From positions 6,386,001 to 6,450,000 of the forward strand of contig OX597824.1 in assembly GCA_951406725.2 (NCBI GenBank): 64,000 nt of DNA, in the 5' to 3' direction. This DNA is from Octopus vulgaris (taxonomy: Eukaryota). Both the position numbers and the translations under genes were made by a program. Below, in pieces: positions 12,891-27,117 of this stretch; position 1 is the stretch's first letter, and each line of letters starts with the position of its first letter. Below the pieces are notes generated by a model. The model made no database searches and was not told where the DNA came from. It was given only the letters and a program-made list of their open reading frames with translations.

Positions 12891-14191
12891 AGTCTATTCT
12901 CACTGACAAATATTGAATCAACCCATATTTAGATATTGTTTTCACTTCTGTCTTCCCCTTTTTACCATACATAGATTACATCCATGTTAGGATCTTTTCT
13001 ATGCGTCTTACCTTTATTTCCTTTAAAATTCTACTCCACCTTTTATAAGAAACTCATTCCATCCTCTATATTTCTTCTAGTTTTACCATTCATTTCTGTT
13101 TGCTGATAAATGTTTTATTTTTCTTTTATCATTATCTAAAAGTCATCCGATCGGTTTCTTCTACTGCTCTTTTGAGTTGACATTTTGGAGTGTTTTTGAT
13201 TGGACCGTTCCACGAATTTTTTTATATCCAGTCATATTATGACTGGATATTTACCCTGTACATAACTGTAACTACTCCTCTGATCTCCAGGATTATTCTT
13301 TATTGAAACTTCTTTTTGACATACTTGACTATTCTCTGACAAATGCATTTCCTGTTCTAGTTTCTGCATCTTAAACCATTCGTACATCCTATGTGGATTT
13401 CATTTTCGCACAGCTACTAATAAAATAGGTTGTATTTTTCTTGTTACTTTCATAGTTTGCATGTTTAACCATGCTTAGGTACTTAATATGTGTCCCTGTC
13501 TGCTTTGTGCAGCGGGCATTTTGTAGTGATTTACTTTGCCTGGATTACAAAAGCATATCCGATCTGATATAAGTGTTGCTGATCCAAGATAGACAACTCT
13601 CGTTATCTATGTGACTATCATTCAGAAGTCTTTTGGTAACGTGATTTTGCATGATCGTCTGTCGATAAACAGAAACCCTGTCATCTGAAGCTGTGTTGGT
13701 TGTCAATAATTCTGTCCTTGGCTGTCAGTACATTGGGGGAATGTTTCCCTAACTTCTACAACGAACGCTATTTGTCCCACTTATCTACTCTTCATCCATG
13801 GATACACTTCGGTGATCGGTGCTCACTAGATTATGCCGAAATAACATGATGCAGAATTCATCAGCTGTCTAAATCAATATCAAACTTCTACATCCTTGTT
13901 TACGTTTTAAGTAGATACAACTAATAAAATAAAGGTGTCTGGTGATAATCAACGATTAATTTTTGTACTTTCACATTAATGGCCCGTATATCCACTCGTA
14001 TCCAATCAGGCGATCCGAATTTTGATGAACCTAAAAGCAGAGAAAACATATTGTGGGCACTGTATTGCTAACATCATTATATTGTATCCATAGAGATCCG
14101 AGAAACGATTGTTTTTATATCGTCTAATATTCCTTATTTTAAAAAAAGCTATCATATGAACATCGCACTCTCTCCGTTTCTCTCTCTCTCC

Positions 14192-14259
<68 letters not shown>

Positions 14260-14308
14260 AAAGAAAGTCAAGATAGAAAATGCTAAAATAATTTTATAAA
14301 AAACATGT

Positions 14309-14344
14309 CAGTACCGGTTTCAGTCATTGAGACTTTTTCAACTG
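14309..14344 (-). ncRNA. Minimal hammerhead motif, U3-A8 core variant
   Basis: cag-UUGAAAA-aguc ucaau gacu-GAAA-ccgg-UA-cug. Palindromic stem III ACCGGU, ending about 50 nt from (TA)n. Confidence 0.6.
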
Positions 14345-14863
14345 TAAGTATGGCAAACAATTAAATTTAGAAAAATTAAAAGAAAAGTTTTTTTTAAAGA
14401 ATATTTGTATAGTGTTCAAATACAAGTGGTGCTTTCCTTGTCTCTGCCTGTCTCTGCCTCTGTGTGTGCATGTGTGTGTCTGAAATATGTAGAATGTGAA
14501 GTAGGTATATAAGTATGAAATATGCGTATATGTGTATGCTTGTGTGTGTGTGTGTATGTATGTGTGTGTATGTGCAAGCCTATATGTGTGTGAAGTATGT
14601 ATGTGCGCTTTTATATTTTCAGATTTGCTGGTATCGTCTGGATATCGTCGACTTCCTTTATCGAGTATTTCATAGATATCAGAGGAGGACAAAATAAACT
14701 GTACCACTTGTCAAACTGAAGTTTTCTCTCGAAGTTTCATTAGTTTCTATTCTAATACACGTATAGAAAGGAATAAATAGTTAAAATATAAATGCTCAGA
14801 ACAAACAAACAAACAAACGAATGAATTTGTTGTAATTGTGGCTGTTGTATATACATACATTTA

Positions 14864-16177
14864 CGAGATTGTATCAAAAAGTTCCCATACTCGTTCTGTA
14901 GAGCGACAAAAGATGACAACACATGGTTGTGTGCGCTGTGAGAGCCAGCAGCAGCCGCCTTCAGGAGACAATGCGTTGGGTGACAGCGCTGTGTTTACAT
15001 CGCAAGTTGTGAAATTTGTGTTTTTGTGATCATGTGTCAGCTGTAGTCTGCGATTTTATCATGAGCAGGACCTGGGACAAATAAGCCAACGTGAAATTTT
15101 GCGTTAAACTTGGGAGGTCTGGTACAGAGACATTGAGTATGCTGTGGTAAGGTTGGCGACGAGGCAGTAGGTCGTACGCAATGTTTCGAGGGGCACGGGC
15201 GCTTCCCATGCAGAAGGACGTCCCTAGAAGGCGATGAACAGTCTGGAAGACCTACCACGAGCATCACACCTGGAAATGTGGAAAGAATTCCTCAGCCTGT
15301 GCATGAGGATCAACAATATTACTGGTGCTGTTGGTCTGTCGTATGGATCCGTGCAGGCAATCTTAACGTCTGAATTGAACATGCGTCGTGTTTCTGACAA
15401 GTTTGTACCCTGCCTGCTGACCACCAAGCAGAAAGACCATCGCGTCGAAGTCTGTAGAGATCTCCGTCAAGATCTCCGCCGATGGCCCAGCCTTCATGTC
15501 GAGTATCATCACCGGTGACGAGAGTTGGGTCTACGGGTACGACCCTGAGAAGAAACAGCGGCTGTCACAGCGGAAAAAGCCCTTCAGCACCCGATCGAAG
15601 AATGCACGACAGAGCTGCAGCTCAATCAAGAGCATGCTCGTAGTATTTTTCGACATCTGCGGTATTGTGCATCGAGAATTTGCCCCCCCCCCCCGCAAGG
15701 GGTGGGGTGGGGGCAGAACCAAAAATTCTGCTGCGAAGTTTTGAATCGTCTGAGGGAGGACATACGGCGAATACGACCGGATCTGTGGAGCGCAAAGAAC
15801 TGGATTCTTCACGTCGACAATGCACGCAGGGACTGAGCTCGCCTCACTCGTGAGCTTCTCCCCAAAAAACAAAATGGTATTGCTTCCGTATCCGCCCATT
15901 CGGCACCTGCGGACTTTCACCTCTCATCCAAGAAGTAAATGTGGCTCGAAGTCGCCGTTTTAACATCGTTGTGGAGATCCAGAGTGAATCGCAGAAGGTG
16001 CCCAACTTGCTTAAGGAAAACGATTTCCAAACCGGGTTCCCAAAGTGACAGGAACGCTGGAACGGGTGCACTACTGCGCAAGGTGACTATTTCGAAGGGG
16101 GTTATGTTAAAACTTAAAGTAAATAACTTATTTTTTATTAAATTTAACGAGGACGGGAACTTTTTGATACCATTTCG
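14864..16177 (+). mobile_element. Full-length degenerate mariner transposon (~1.3 kb)
   Basis: TA-flanked imperfect ~32-bp TIRs (cgagattgtatcaaaaagttccc / gggaactttttgataccatttcg). Frameshifted transposase with RRVSDKFVPCLLT, IITGDESWVYGYDPE and LHVDNA. Confidence 0.9.
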
Positions 16178-16358
16178 TATAAATACATACATATAAACAT
16201 ATATACACAAATACATATATACATATATGTGTATGTGTCTATGCATGTATGTATGTATGTATGTATCAGGCGAAATTGTGGGACTAGATTTGAGTAGGAT
16301 TTGAAATTTCCCTGTATCGACAATACTGTTGATATATATTGGTGTACACTGGCAGTAG

Positions 16359-16422
<64 letters not shown>

Positions 16423-16436
16423 CATAAATATAAATA

Positions 16437-16467
<31 letters not shown>

Positions 16468-16476
16468 GTCTATATA

Positions 16477-16528
<52 letters not shown>

Positions 16529-16529
16529 T

Positions 16530-16562
<33 letters not shown>

Positions 16563-16587
16563 CATCTAGATACATACATATATACAT

Positions 16588-16660
16588 ACAAAAAAAGCAA
16601 AAGACGAAGACTGGTGGTGTAGACAACAAACATGTATTAGTATAACGCTCGAGAAGTGAA
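16588..16660 (-). mobile_element. Family D Penelope-like tail fragment
   Basis: aaagacgaagactggtggtgtagacaacaaacatgtattagtataacgctc matches the reverse complement of 39460-39520. Confidence 0.6.
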
Positions 16661-16672
16661 ATACATACATAC

Positions 16673-16767
<95 letters not shown>

Positions 16768-18054
16768 GAAGGTCTGTGTCTGTTTACTCTTTACTTGGAA
16801 GTAAATATGTAAGTGAGATTTTCCTCGTATATTAAAGTCCAGTTTTGTTTAGTGTGCAGAATTAAAAGTTGTTTTAAAGATGAGAAATAAAATTATTAAA
16901 TATTTAAGAATGTCAGTGTTGAAAACTTTCAGTAATCAAAATTTGAAAGAAGATTACTTGGGCAATAAAAAACAATTGAGACGTCATAAGATTTAATAAA
17001 TAGACAAATTAGATTTGGAGTTGTAAAACACATGTAAATATCAAAATGGCTTTGAAACAACATCAGATTCAGAAAATTCCTAAAAAGATTATCAAAAAAT
17101 AGAGTTTTAAACTTTAAACAATCAAAACTTTCGTTATTATTTAAGCATCAAAACAACGGATATTAAATAGAAAAAAAAAACGAATATACAAAACAGTAAA
17201 ATGGATGTAAAGGAACAAAATAGTCATGAAATTAGAAAGACGAAAAATCCGAATGAACAAAAATTCCATTTCGATGAAAATGTTTAACAAATTTCAAATG
17301 AACAAAAATCCATCTCGATTAGGGGGAATTTTTTTTAGATAACATGAAATCTAATTGTTGTCTGAAAATATTTTTTCGTGTTCCTGTTAAATCTGTAGTA
17401 GCCATAGCTGATACATTATTATCATGAAGGTAATCACGTGATCATTATGACTCGCTATGTAATATGTTCTATTCGGTGAAATCAAAAAGAAAAAAAAAGA
17501 TCTATTCCTCTTCTTGCCGGAATTTGTAAAAAGAAATTAACTAATTCCAGTAACTATTTGAATAATTACTTCATAGCTTTCTAAAACTTTAAACTGATTT
17601 CTAAATTTGAAAAATTCCTAGAGTAACTGATATTAAAGTTAAATTAGTTCACAAAATTTAATGAGTTGCTATGAAGTTGATTAGTTACCCAGTATTTGAT
17701 GAGACTTTTAAGACATTGGTGAGTTGATGCGCTGCTAAAATTGGCAATAAAACATTTCTTATTTAAAACAAACCTAATTGGTCAACACAGAGTTTAACGG
17801 TAAGAGAAGAATTGGGTTATAGAATTCTTTATATGCTTCATTACTGCAATCATTGTGGGTCCACTTTTATAAAGTTTCACTCGATTATATTGTGCCAAGA
17901 CTTCGTTTATTGAGTATTCTTCAGATATCAGGGAAGAATAAAAGACTGATAAAGCAAGGCTGCCCAAACGGATTCCAATACCACGCCGCATTTGTTTGTC
18001 ACACACAGACACACGAACGCACACATGCGCCCGCACACACACACACACACATAC

Positions 18055-18088
<34 letters not shown>

Positions 18089-18219
18089 GAAATTTATAGA
18101 AAAATAATTGACGAAGACAGGTGTATGACCAATAAGCAAGGGTATTAGTTTGACGCGTATTTGTGTATCTCAATATCTATAAAGCTGAAATGCGAAAAGT
18201 TTGTTTGTCTCATTTTCAG

Positions 18220-18420
18220 ATTGGAAAGAGTCAAGGGGCACTAGATGGGGTTGTATTGGCTCCAAATTTTTAGGGACATGTAAAAAGAGGCAAGGAAGTG
18301 AGTGGACTAGGTTAGCAACCCCTATCTCGAAAGCTGTGATTACTAGGGCAACAAAACCCACACTTTGGGCTTTCGTTCTGTTCCTCGATTGTGTTGTTGT
18401 TGATGTCGTGTCCATCCATG
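18220..18420 (+). other. Possible 201-nt coding exon, product unknown
   Basis: Preceded by pyrimidine-rich ...ctcattttcag and followed by gtaaat. Open frame, symmetric phase 1-1, no recognised motif. Confidence 0.2.
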
Positions 18421-18806
18421 GTAAATTCAGGTTCCAGTCGAAAATCACTGCGATCGTGAATAAAAGACTCCCTCAGTTAATTCATCTGAAGATTAACCAG
18501 TTATTTAACAGGGCTGATAGCTGTGGCCCCAAAATGTTGGAGATAGTATTCATCGTATCTTCGATAGATAGTCTCCCACGCCAAATACGCCACTCGTCGT
18601 ATGTATTCATGTATGTGTGCATGTATGTATGTATGTATGTATGTATGTATGCATGTATGTATGCATGCATGTATGTATGTATGCATGTATGTATGCCTGC
18701 ATGTATGTATGTATTATGTATATATGTATGTATGTATGTATTTATGTATGTATCTATGTATGTATTTATATATGTATGTAAGTATGTATATATATATATA
18801 TGTATG

Positions 18807-18866
<60 letters not shown>

Positions 18867-19864
18867 TGTATGTATGTATGTATGTATACGTGCGTGCTTG
18901 CATGTATTACGTACCTACGTATGGTGTATGTATGTATGTATATTGTCTAGTGTGCAAGGTAAATATATTGCTCCGCCCCCATGCCAGATAATTACAGAGA
19001 TGTATTCTACAAAAGCAAGCCATGTCTGATCACATAAGTTCCGATAAATACTTTTTTCTTCCAAGCATTATGTATTACATTTCTAGCATAAATTATTTAT
19101 GAATATTTAATTTTAGAACACACACAAACAGTAAACAAATTAAATACAATATTTTCAATTTTTGTAAACAAATGCTGAATGATATGAATGTGTTTCAGAC
19201 CTAATATTTTGAAGAAAAATTATAATTTATAGCTTTCTTCTTGCTCCAAAGGAAGGACGGAAATAAGTTAATTAAAATTTAAAGAAATGCGTAAATTTCA
19301 GACAAAAATTAAATTCCGTTTCTTTTTGTAAACGAAAAGGAAGAATAATTAAAAGATATTACATTAATATGTTTAAAAATCAAAATCTATCAATTTGAAA
19401 GTCTGATGAAAAAAAAAAAAAGGAAACAAATTAAAAATAATGAAATATAAGATTACAATTTCTTTTTCAGAATATTAGCCTAAATTTAATGAAAGTTTGA
19501 AATATTTTCTTTAAATATTAGCATTCACATCGTGTTTCGGTCAGTCAAAATATGATCATTGTTATGTGATTTTTTTCCCTGGACGTGTACAGAATAACGC
19601 TTTCTAAACTGATAGTATATGAATAGATGAATTTGATATATCTATGTATTCTTCAAAATTTAAATCCCACGTGTGTCGACTTTGTATTTCATTAAATTTC
19701 AAGTCTAAAGTTATATCATACTGATGAGTCCCAAAGTGATATCGTATTATTTACGACTCCCTTGACTTTTCCTGGAAATTGAGAAAATGCGTTTCACTCT
19801 TTAATATAAATTTCTCAATATGTTTAGAGCGATTCTGTCCCCTTCAGTAGTAGTCAACTACGTG

Positions 19865-19904
<40 letters not shown>

Positions 19905-19960
19905 GGTGCCCCAGCATGGCCACAGCCCGTGAGCTGAAACTAGAATCAATATCAATCAAT

Positions 19961-20009
<49 letters not shown>

Positions 20010-20385
20010 TTCGTTTCCATGTTTTTGTTTTTATGTTTTTGTTTCTCATTGTGTTCAACATTTTTTTGGTGTCCTGTACCCATATATGCATGTATATATA
20101 TAGATATAGGTATGTACATATATGTATGTATATATGCATATGTTTATATGTTATTTATGTTATATATATATATAAAGTCTTCCATATAATTTCCATCTAC
20201 CTTATTCACCCACAGGCAATTGGTCGATCCGAGACTGGAAGCAAACTTCTTCAATGCATTGAGCCTCACACCCATGACAATTGTCCGTTTCTTTCAATGT
20301 TCCCTTCTGTTGCAAACCTCTAGCATCCTTCGACAATTATCGTATAAGATTCCTTTTAATGATTTGCTTCAATGATTCTTTTATG

Positions 20386-20614
20386 TTTCTTTACTACCCA
20401 CAAGGGACTAAACACAGAGAGGACAAACAAGGACAGACAAACGGATTAAGTCGATTACATCTGCCCCAGTGCGTAACTGGTACTTAATTTATCGACCCCG
20501 AAAGGATGAAAGGCAAAGTCGACTTCGGCGGAATTTGAACTCAGAATGTAATGGCAGACGAAATACGGCTACGCATTTCGCCCGGCGTGCTAACGTTTCT
20601 GCCAGCTCGCCGCC
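20386..20614 (-). mobile_element. SINE family B
   Basis: Reverse complement of the full family B sequence. Confidence 0.85.
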
Positions 20615-21039
20615 TTGGACTCAGAAAGTATTGAGACCCTCTTTAAGAAGTTCTTAAGTTCAATAATTCTTTTAACAAAACTCGCATGATCGAGATCCTT
20701 CTGCTTTCTATTTTATAGTTAAACATTTAATGAAGTTTCGCTTGTCTTTACAGAAATGTCCATGAACCATTCCATCAGAGTCATAAATCTCACTCTTTCA
20801 CTCAATACCGTTCATCTTGAAACTTATGTCATTGTTCTGCAATTACTACTGAAGATTTATAACAAAAATATGACACGCAAAGAGACGACCATGCTTGATT
20901 GATTTTTCTGGTGATTTTTATCTAAAATTACTTGTCTGGTAGTAAATGTTAGCACCGAAAGGATTCAGCTATCGATTAAATAAACATCTACTCTTATCCA
21001 TCGTTGTAAACTTGCATAATATCAAGTTAACATTGGTTT

Positions 21040-21248
21040 AAAATTTTGGCATGAGGCCAGTAATTCTAGAGGAGGAATAGGTCGATTACATCGACCCCAG
21101 TAGTTAAATGGTACTTATTTTATCGATCCCGAAAGGATGAATGGAAAAATCAACCTCGACGGAATTTGAACTCAGAACGGTAAGACAGACGAAACGTCGC
21201 TGATCAGTATCGAAACCAGCGCGGTAACGATTCTGCTAGCTCGCCGCC
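21040..21248 (-). mobile_element. SINE family B, older variant
   Basis: ggtacttattttatcgatcccgaaaggatgaa..gaatttgaactcagaac..gctcgccgcc. Confidence 0.75.
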
Positions 21249-21453
21249 TTATAGCCATTTGATATTAATGTAAATTTAAGCCCCAAAAATCCAAATTTGT
21301 GTCGTTTTAATACATGATAGCTGCAAAAATAGAATATATCAGAGATATGAAGTCAAATAATAACTTATTAAGATATTTTGCATATAGAAGTCATTATGCT
21401 ATGGGTAAACTAGCCTGTATATCAACCAATTAGGATTTTACAGATTGTGAGGA

Positions 21454-21487
<34 letters not shown>

Positions 21488-21633
21488 GTACGTATGTTCG
21501 TGTGTATATACATATATACATGCATACATAATACATAATATATACATACATACATACATACATACATACATACATACATACATCTATGTATGTATGTTTG
21601 TGTGTATACATATATACAGGCATATATATATAG

Positions 21634-21666
<33 letters not shown>

Positions 21667-21704
21667 TGTATGTATGTATGTATGTATGCATATATATATA
21701 ACGG

Positions 21705-21823
21705 GAAGCTTTATGAAAATAGACAAAAGACGAAGGCAGGTGGAAAACAAACGAACAATTGTATTAGTATGGCGCTCAGGAAATATAAATAAAACAAGTC
21801 TTTAACGTTTCGAGCCTACGCTC
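21705..21823 (-). mobile_element. Family D tail with the 3' half of the hammerhead motif
   Basis: Minus strand gagcgtaggctcGAAAcgttaaagac, truncated at (TA)n just before the core. Confidence 0.65.
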
Positions 21824-21850
21824 ATATATATATATATATATATATATATG

Positions 21851-21911
<61 letters not shown>

Positions 21912-22680
21912 TCATATGTGTGTATGTACGTGTGTGTGAGTTTGAGTGTGTGCGCGCGTGTGTATGTGTGTCATGTGTCTACATATATCGATTTATGAAT
22001 ATTTGTGCATAAGACAGCTCGCATTATAAAAAAGACAAGATACATTTAAAGTAGAGAAACTTCAATTTCTTGAAACCGTTTTTCCCGTAGAACTCTACGC
22101 AGATGTAAATACCATTTGGTTTTAACTTCTTACACAGAAAGAAAAACCAAACGAAATTGCTTTGATATGTTTCATAGTTTATTGACTTCTCATCAAAAGA
22201 CAAATAAGCTCTTCATTTGTCTACGAAGACAGTTTATAATAAATCGCTGTTTAAATTGAACAGAAACTAGACTGGTGGTTGCTATGGCTAAATGAGTTTG
22301 TATAACATGTTTGTTGGTAGCGACGTAATTAAATAATTGAGGAATAATGATGACAACACAGCTCGCATTAGAAAACCAACGATAAATTACTTTCCACCTT
22401 TTACCTCTTCCTTGTTTCTGTCATTAGACGGCAACCAAAATGGAGTACAGCCTTAAGGAATTTTTAATCGAATGAATCGACTCCTGTACTTATTTTTGTT
22501 AAGTTTGATACATATTCTATCGGTTCCATTTACCGAACCGCTAAGTTACGAAGACATACACACATTTATGCTGGTTGTCTAGCCGTGATAACGACAACTG
22601 TCAGTGTTCAGTAGTGTGTCTCTTAGTGCTATGCATATTGCTTGCTTACATTTAAATAAGTCTCTCTTTGTGTTGGTGGT

Positions 22681-23153
22681 CTGACATTTGTAGAGGCGTC
22701 AGATGGTCACTAGTCTGACATTTGTAGAGGTGTCAGTGGTCACTAATCTGACATTTGTAGAGGTGTCAGATGGTCACTAATCTGACATTTGTAGAGGCGT
22801 CAGATGGTCACTAGTCTGACATTTGTAGAAGCGTCAGAGGTGTTCACTAGTCTGACATTTGTAGAGATGTCAGTGGTCACTAGTCTGACATTTGTAGAAG
22901 CGTCAGAGGTGTTCACTAGTCTGACATTTGTAGAGATGTCAGTGGTCACTAGTCTGACATTTGTAGAGATGTCAGATGGTCAGTAGTCTGGCATTTGTAG
23001 AGGCGTCAGTGGTCACTAGTCTGACATTTGTAGAAGCGTCAGATGGTCACTAGTCTGACATTTGTTGAGGCGTCAGAGGTTGCTACTAGTTTGAAATTTG
23101 TAGAGGCGTCAGAGGTGGTCACTTTGACATTTGTAGAGGTGTCAGAGGTGGCC
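22681..23153. repeat. 33-36-bp minisatellite, about 14 units
   Basis: Unit ctgacatttgtagaggcgtcagatggtcactagt. Confidence 0.9.
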
Positions 23154-24660
23154 ACTCTTATCTTTTGCTGCTTGTGGTGACCTTTAAGGCTGGGACGTGT
23201 TACTCAGACTCAATGTCTGATGAAGCCAGGTCAGCTGCCATACAGTCCTCTGTGCCATTTCCAAAACAGACCGTTCTTCAGCAGCTGGTGTCGAAACTGC
23301 GCCTGAATAATGTTTCCTCTTACGACCAGAACTCCACCATCCACATATTTCCAAGGTGCAGCCATCATGTTTTGTTACCTGGTTGCAAACACACTTGTAT
23401 GTTCATGCCATTGAAACACATAAGCTATATAATTTAGTTCATTTTATTATCCCTTTTTTAAATAAACAAGTTTATTTTGATTATATCTGTTCAAAAGTTA
23501 TCCCCTGTAGGAATAATCCTTCGTTAGTTAATCAACGCTGATTTGAGCATTTTACTACACAGATGAGTTCGAACAGAACAAAATTATGTCTGTCCTTGGA
23601 TCCTTGTATACCATGGAACAAAATTCAGCTTTATCCTTCCTCGCCTGCAAGTCTGTTGATTAATTTTGTAAAGTTTGTTCATATTTTCTTGAAATCATCC
23701 CACGATTTCTTCGAGAGTCGCTAAAAATTAGCGCTAGGATTTTGCTACATTTCTCCAAGACGTAAATTCCAATTAATTTGAAAATGTCTAATGATGTCAT
23801 TGAGTACATCACCCCTTGGCAGGCTTATTTAAATTTATGCCATTAAGCCAATAGGGGTATTTCTCTCAGCTCAGGGTGTGTGTGTGTGTCTGTGTGTGTG
23901 TTTGTGTGTGTATGTATTCGTGTGTGTATGTGTGTGAGCGTGGTTGTGTGTGTGAAAGAGAGAGAGAGTGAGAGAGCATGTGTGTCCATGTGTGTGTGCT
24001 TGTGTGTGGGTGAGTGTGTGGGTGATTGTGTTTGTGTGTGTTTTTGCGTGTGTGTTTGTGTGTGTATGTGTGTGTGTCCATGTGTGTGTGTCCATGTGTG
24101 TGTGTGTTTGTGTGTGGGTTAGTGTGTGGGTGATCGTGTTTGTGTGTGTTTTGTGTGTGTGTGTTTGTGTGTGTATGTGTGTGTGTCTTAGCGTGGTTGT
24201 GTGTGTGAAAGAGAGAGAGCATGTGTGTGGGTTGGTGTGCTTGTGTGTGTTTTTGTGTGTGTGTGTGTGTGACTGAAAGAGTGAAACAGGAATTAGACAT
24301 TCATGAACCTCGCAAGGCACATCTTAATTAGTTTAATCAACAAGGCATTTAATCAGTGGCTTAGCTCTACAATTAATTAGAAATTGCTCGCGGCTATGAT
24401 CAATGCCTGGTTGAAATAAATGGACGAGAGGAATGTTTATATATATATTATATATATATATATATATACATATAAAACTTTGTTTTCCTCTTTATATGAG
24501 TAAATATTAAAGGAACTCTGTGTGTGTATGTGAGTTCTCATGAACTTTGCAAATACTTTCTGCATAGTTTCTTCGAATATGAGAAGTAGTATTTCAATAA
24601 ATTTCATTCTGCTAATATTAAACTGGTGTAACACCTTAAATTAATGCTTCAGCAGCTTCT

Positions 24661-25437
24661 TTGGAAAAGGAAATAGACAATCAGCTGGCATTCCTGGACG
24701 TATTAATAACACGCACCAAGTATGGATTCAGGACATCCGAATACCACAAGCCGACCTTCACTGGACGATACCTCAACTTCAATTCCCACCATCCATACAG
24801 TGTAAAGAGAGGGATTGCTCAGTGCCTAAAACATCGTGTAAAGAATATAAGTAACGATCGTGATACACACCACGAAGAAATAATCAAGCTCAATAACGAT
24901 CTGTTAAGCAACAACTACCCCAAAAGTATACTAACTACTTGTATTATGAAGAAAAGAGAGGGTGTGGCCAATAAACTGTCCATAGTCTGTCTACCCTATG
25001 TGAAAGGCCACTCCGAAAAGATACAAAAGATATGCGGCCCAAATGACATCGGGACAGGATTCAAGAGTAATACAACACTTTACAAATATCTCCTTCGAGT
25101 AAAACCACCAATAGAAGAGAATATGACCAAAGATTGCGTGTACTCCATCCCATGCAGCTGTGGTAGGTTATACAAAGGCAAAACATGCCGCCCCCTCAAC
25201 ATAAGGGTAGACGAACATCGCAAAGCTGTGACACAGGGAGATATTGATAAATCGGGTATAGCTGATCATGTATGGAAAAATGGAGACCACCTCCTCCTGT
25301 GGGATGAAGTTAAAATATTGGACGGAGAACACCACTGGAAAATACGAAAACTAAAAGAAGCAGCACATATGCTAGGACACAACAACCTCCTAAAGAGACC
25401 GAGAGCAGATATGAGTAGAATATGGGAACCGGTATGA
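24661..25437 (+). pseudogene. Penelope-like (Poseidon-type) RT C-terminus plus GIY-YIG, 5'-truncated
   Basis: LAFLDVLI..YHKPTFTGRYLNFNSHHP..LPYVKG..CVYSIPCSCGRLYKGKT..RVDEH..SGIADH..RKLKEAAH. Confidence 0.9.
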
Positions 25438-25496
25438 AGGAAGGATAGGAAAATATTAGAATTATAAGCCCTAAAACTCACTACATAATCGCCCAC

Positions 25497-25570
25497 GGGC
25501 ATATGGCGTAGTGGTTACGAGTGCGGGCTACAAACCCCAAGATTCCGAGTTCGATTCCAAGCAGTGACCT
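25497..25570 (+). mobile_element. tRNA-derived SINE head
   Basis: A box tggcgtagtgg and B box gttcgattc, followed by a (caa/taa)n tail. The acceptor stem does not pair. Confidence 0.6.
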
Positions 25571-26807
25571 CAACAACAACAATAATAATAATAACAACAA
25601 CAACATCGAAAAATACCTTAGGAATCCCCTGACATTGTTATTTTATATATTTAATGTTCTCTGTACATTGCTATCTGTTTCTACATAATAATGAGTCAAC
25701 CAGTTAATAATTGTAGATAATAAAGTGTTGACCAATTAAAAATTCTCTCAGAGACAATTATGACTGTACGTGAGAGAGAAATATAGACATATTTGTCAGA
25801 ATATGTACAAAGTTTATTTCAGAAGAAATAGTTTGAATTCAGTTTATTTATTCTGTTATAGGGAATTACCAAAGTTTATGATCCACGTGTTTGGGGAGCC
25901 GAAAACTTCGTCGGTTTAGTACCGGAATCTATATGCAATTGACAATAAATGAGAAAAGTATACGCCAGTCGCAAAAGCAAAAAATATGATAAGCTTTATT
26001 ACCTCCAAATTTTAGACATATACCTTTTATCAAATGGACACGTAGATACTTATTCATTTGACGAAAGGAAAAAAAATTGCTGTCGTGAAATGTAAACAGA
26101 CTAAAGCTAAATATATCAGCTCCAATAAAGGAAACTGGATGTGAATAGATTCCAGTTCAGCATGCTAGCGTCTAATATTCACAACGATGCTTGTTGCAGT
26201 ATTCTAAACATAATAAGAACATCCAAGGGAGCCGAAAATCGATAATACTAGACAGATCGGAAAAATAGAACAATGAATATTTGCTTAAAGAGTGTTATGC
26301 CGATGATTCTAAGGAAATTTATTACGGTATTTCAGTTCCTTTGATATGAGCTTTTTTTCTGCTCTGGAAACACAAAGAGTTAGTGTTCCCGTTGATAAAC
26401 TGTTTACATTTTAATTATTGCTTTCGTACGAGCATTCTACCGAGATTTGTATTCAGAATGGCTCGGAATACGTTTTCCAAATACGCTTCCCAAATATTCA
26501 AGCTGAGACGATTTCTCTAACTATTCAAATATATTAGGACATCTCTGCTTTCAAGGTCCATTTAATGGAGAATAATTCATGAAGATCAAAATCAGAAAAG
26601 AACTTTAGTAGTCTGCGACAAGTTTAGGATAAAGATCTCATGCCTAGAATGGAATGATAAAACAAAATTACTAAAACGGAGCATAACGCCAATGCCATGA
26701 TGAATTTATGATCGATCGCAACACTTGCAGATTTCTTACAATTCAAGAGTGACTTAGAGTGATAACAACAACAACAACAGCAACAACAATAATAATGATG
26801 GTGATGA

Positions 26808-27000
26808 TTTCAAACTTTGGCATCAGGTCAGCAATTTCTGTGACGTGGGTAAGACAATTACATCAACACTAGTACTACTAATCGACCCCGAAAAGATGAA
26901 AAGCAAAGTCGACTTTGGCAGAATTTGAACTCACGATACAAAGGCGGATGAAATACTGCTACGCATTTTGCCCGTCGTGCGAATGATGTTGAATTTCGCC
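26808..27000 (-). mobile_element. Degenerate SINE family B
   Basis: atcgaccccgaaaagatgaaaagcaaagtcgac..gaatttgaactca. Confidence 0.65.
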
Positions 27001-27117
27001 CTCCGTAATTAACAACCAAGTGTCAAAGAGTATAACGTGCCGAAAGAGACCCCATGAGAGGTCTGACAGCAGACGGGGCGCTCTCAGAAGTAAAAACAAC
27101 AACAACAACAACAATAA

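Noticed and set aside
11600-13900. Possible very old minus-strand LINE (gag/APE-like traces)
   Set aside because: Only vague motif hints appear across many stops, so it cannot be supported by eye. The same applies to 29500-30050 and 60740-61200.
19522-19570. Minus-strand tgacc-GAAA-cacg with flanking tcac/gtga pairing
   Set aside because: The core and cleavage site are too degenerate to support a call.
19721-19760. CTGATGAGTC hammerhead-like start
   Set aside because: No GAAA, stem III or cleavage site follows.
22681-23153. CRISPR-like palindromic repeat array
   Set aside because: There are no unique spacers and no cas genes, and the context is eukaryotic. The same applies to 41641-42430.
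23165-23400. GC-richer segment with CTGATGA/CTGAAGA and short ORFs
   Set aside because: Stems do not close and there is no convincing protein motif.
25497-25570. tRNA gene
   Set aside because: A and B boxes are present but the acceptor stem does not pair and a simple-repeat tail follows, so it is a SINE head.
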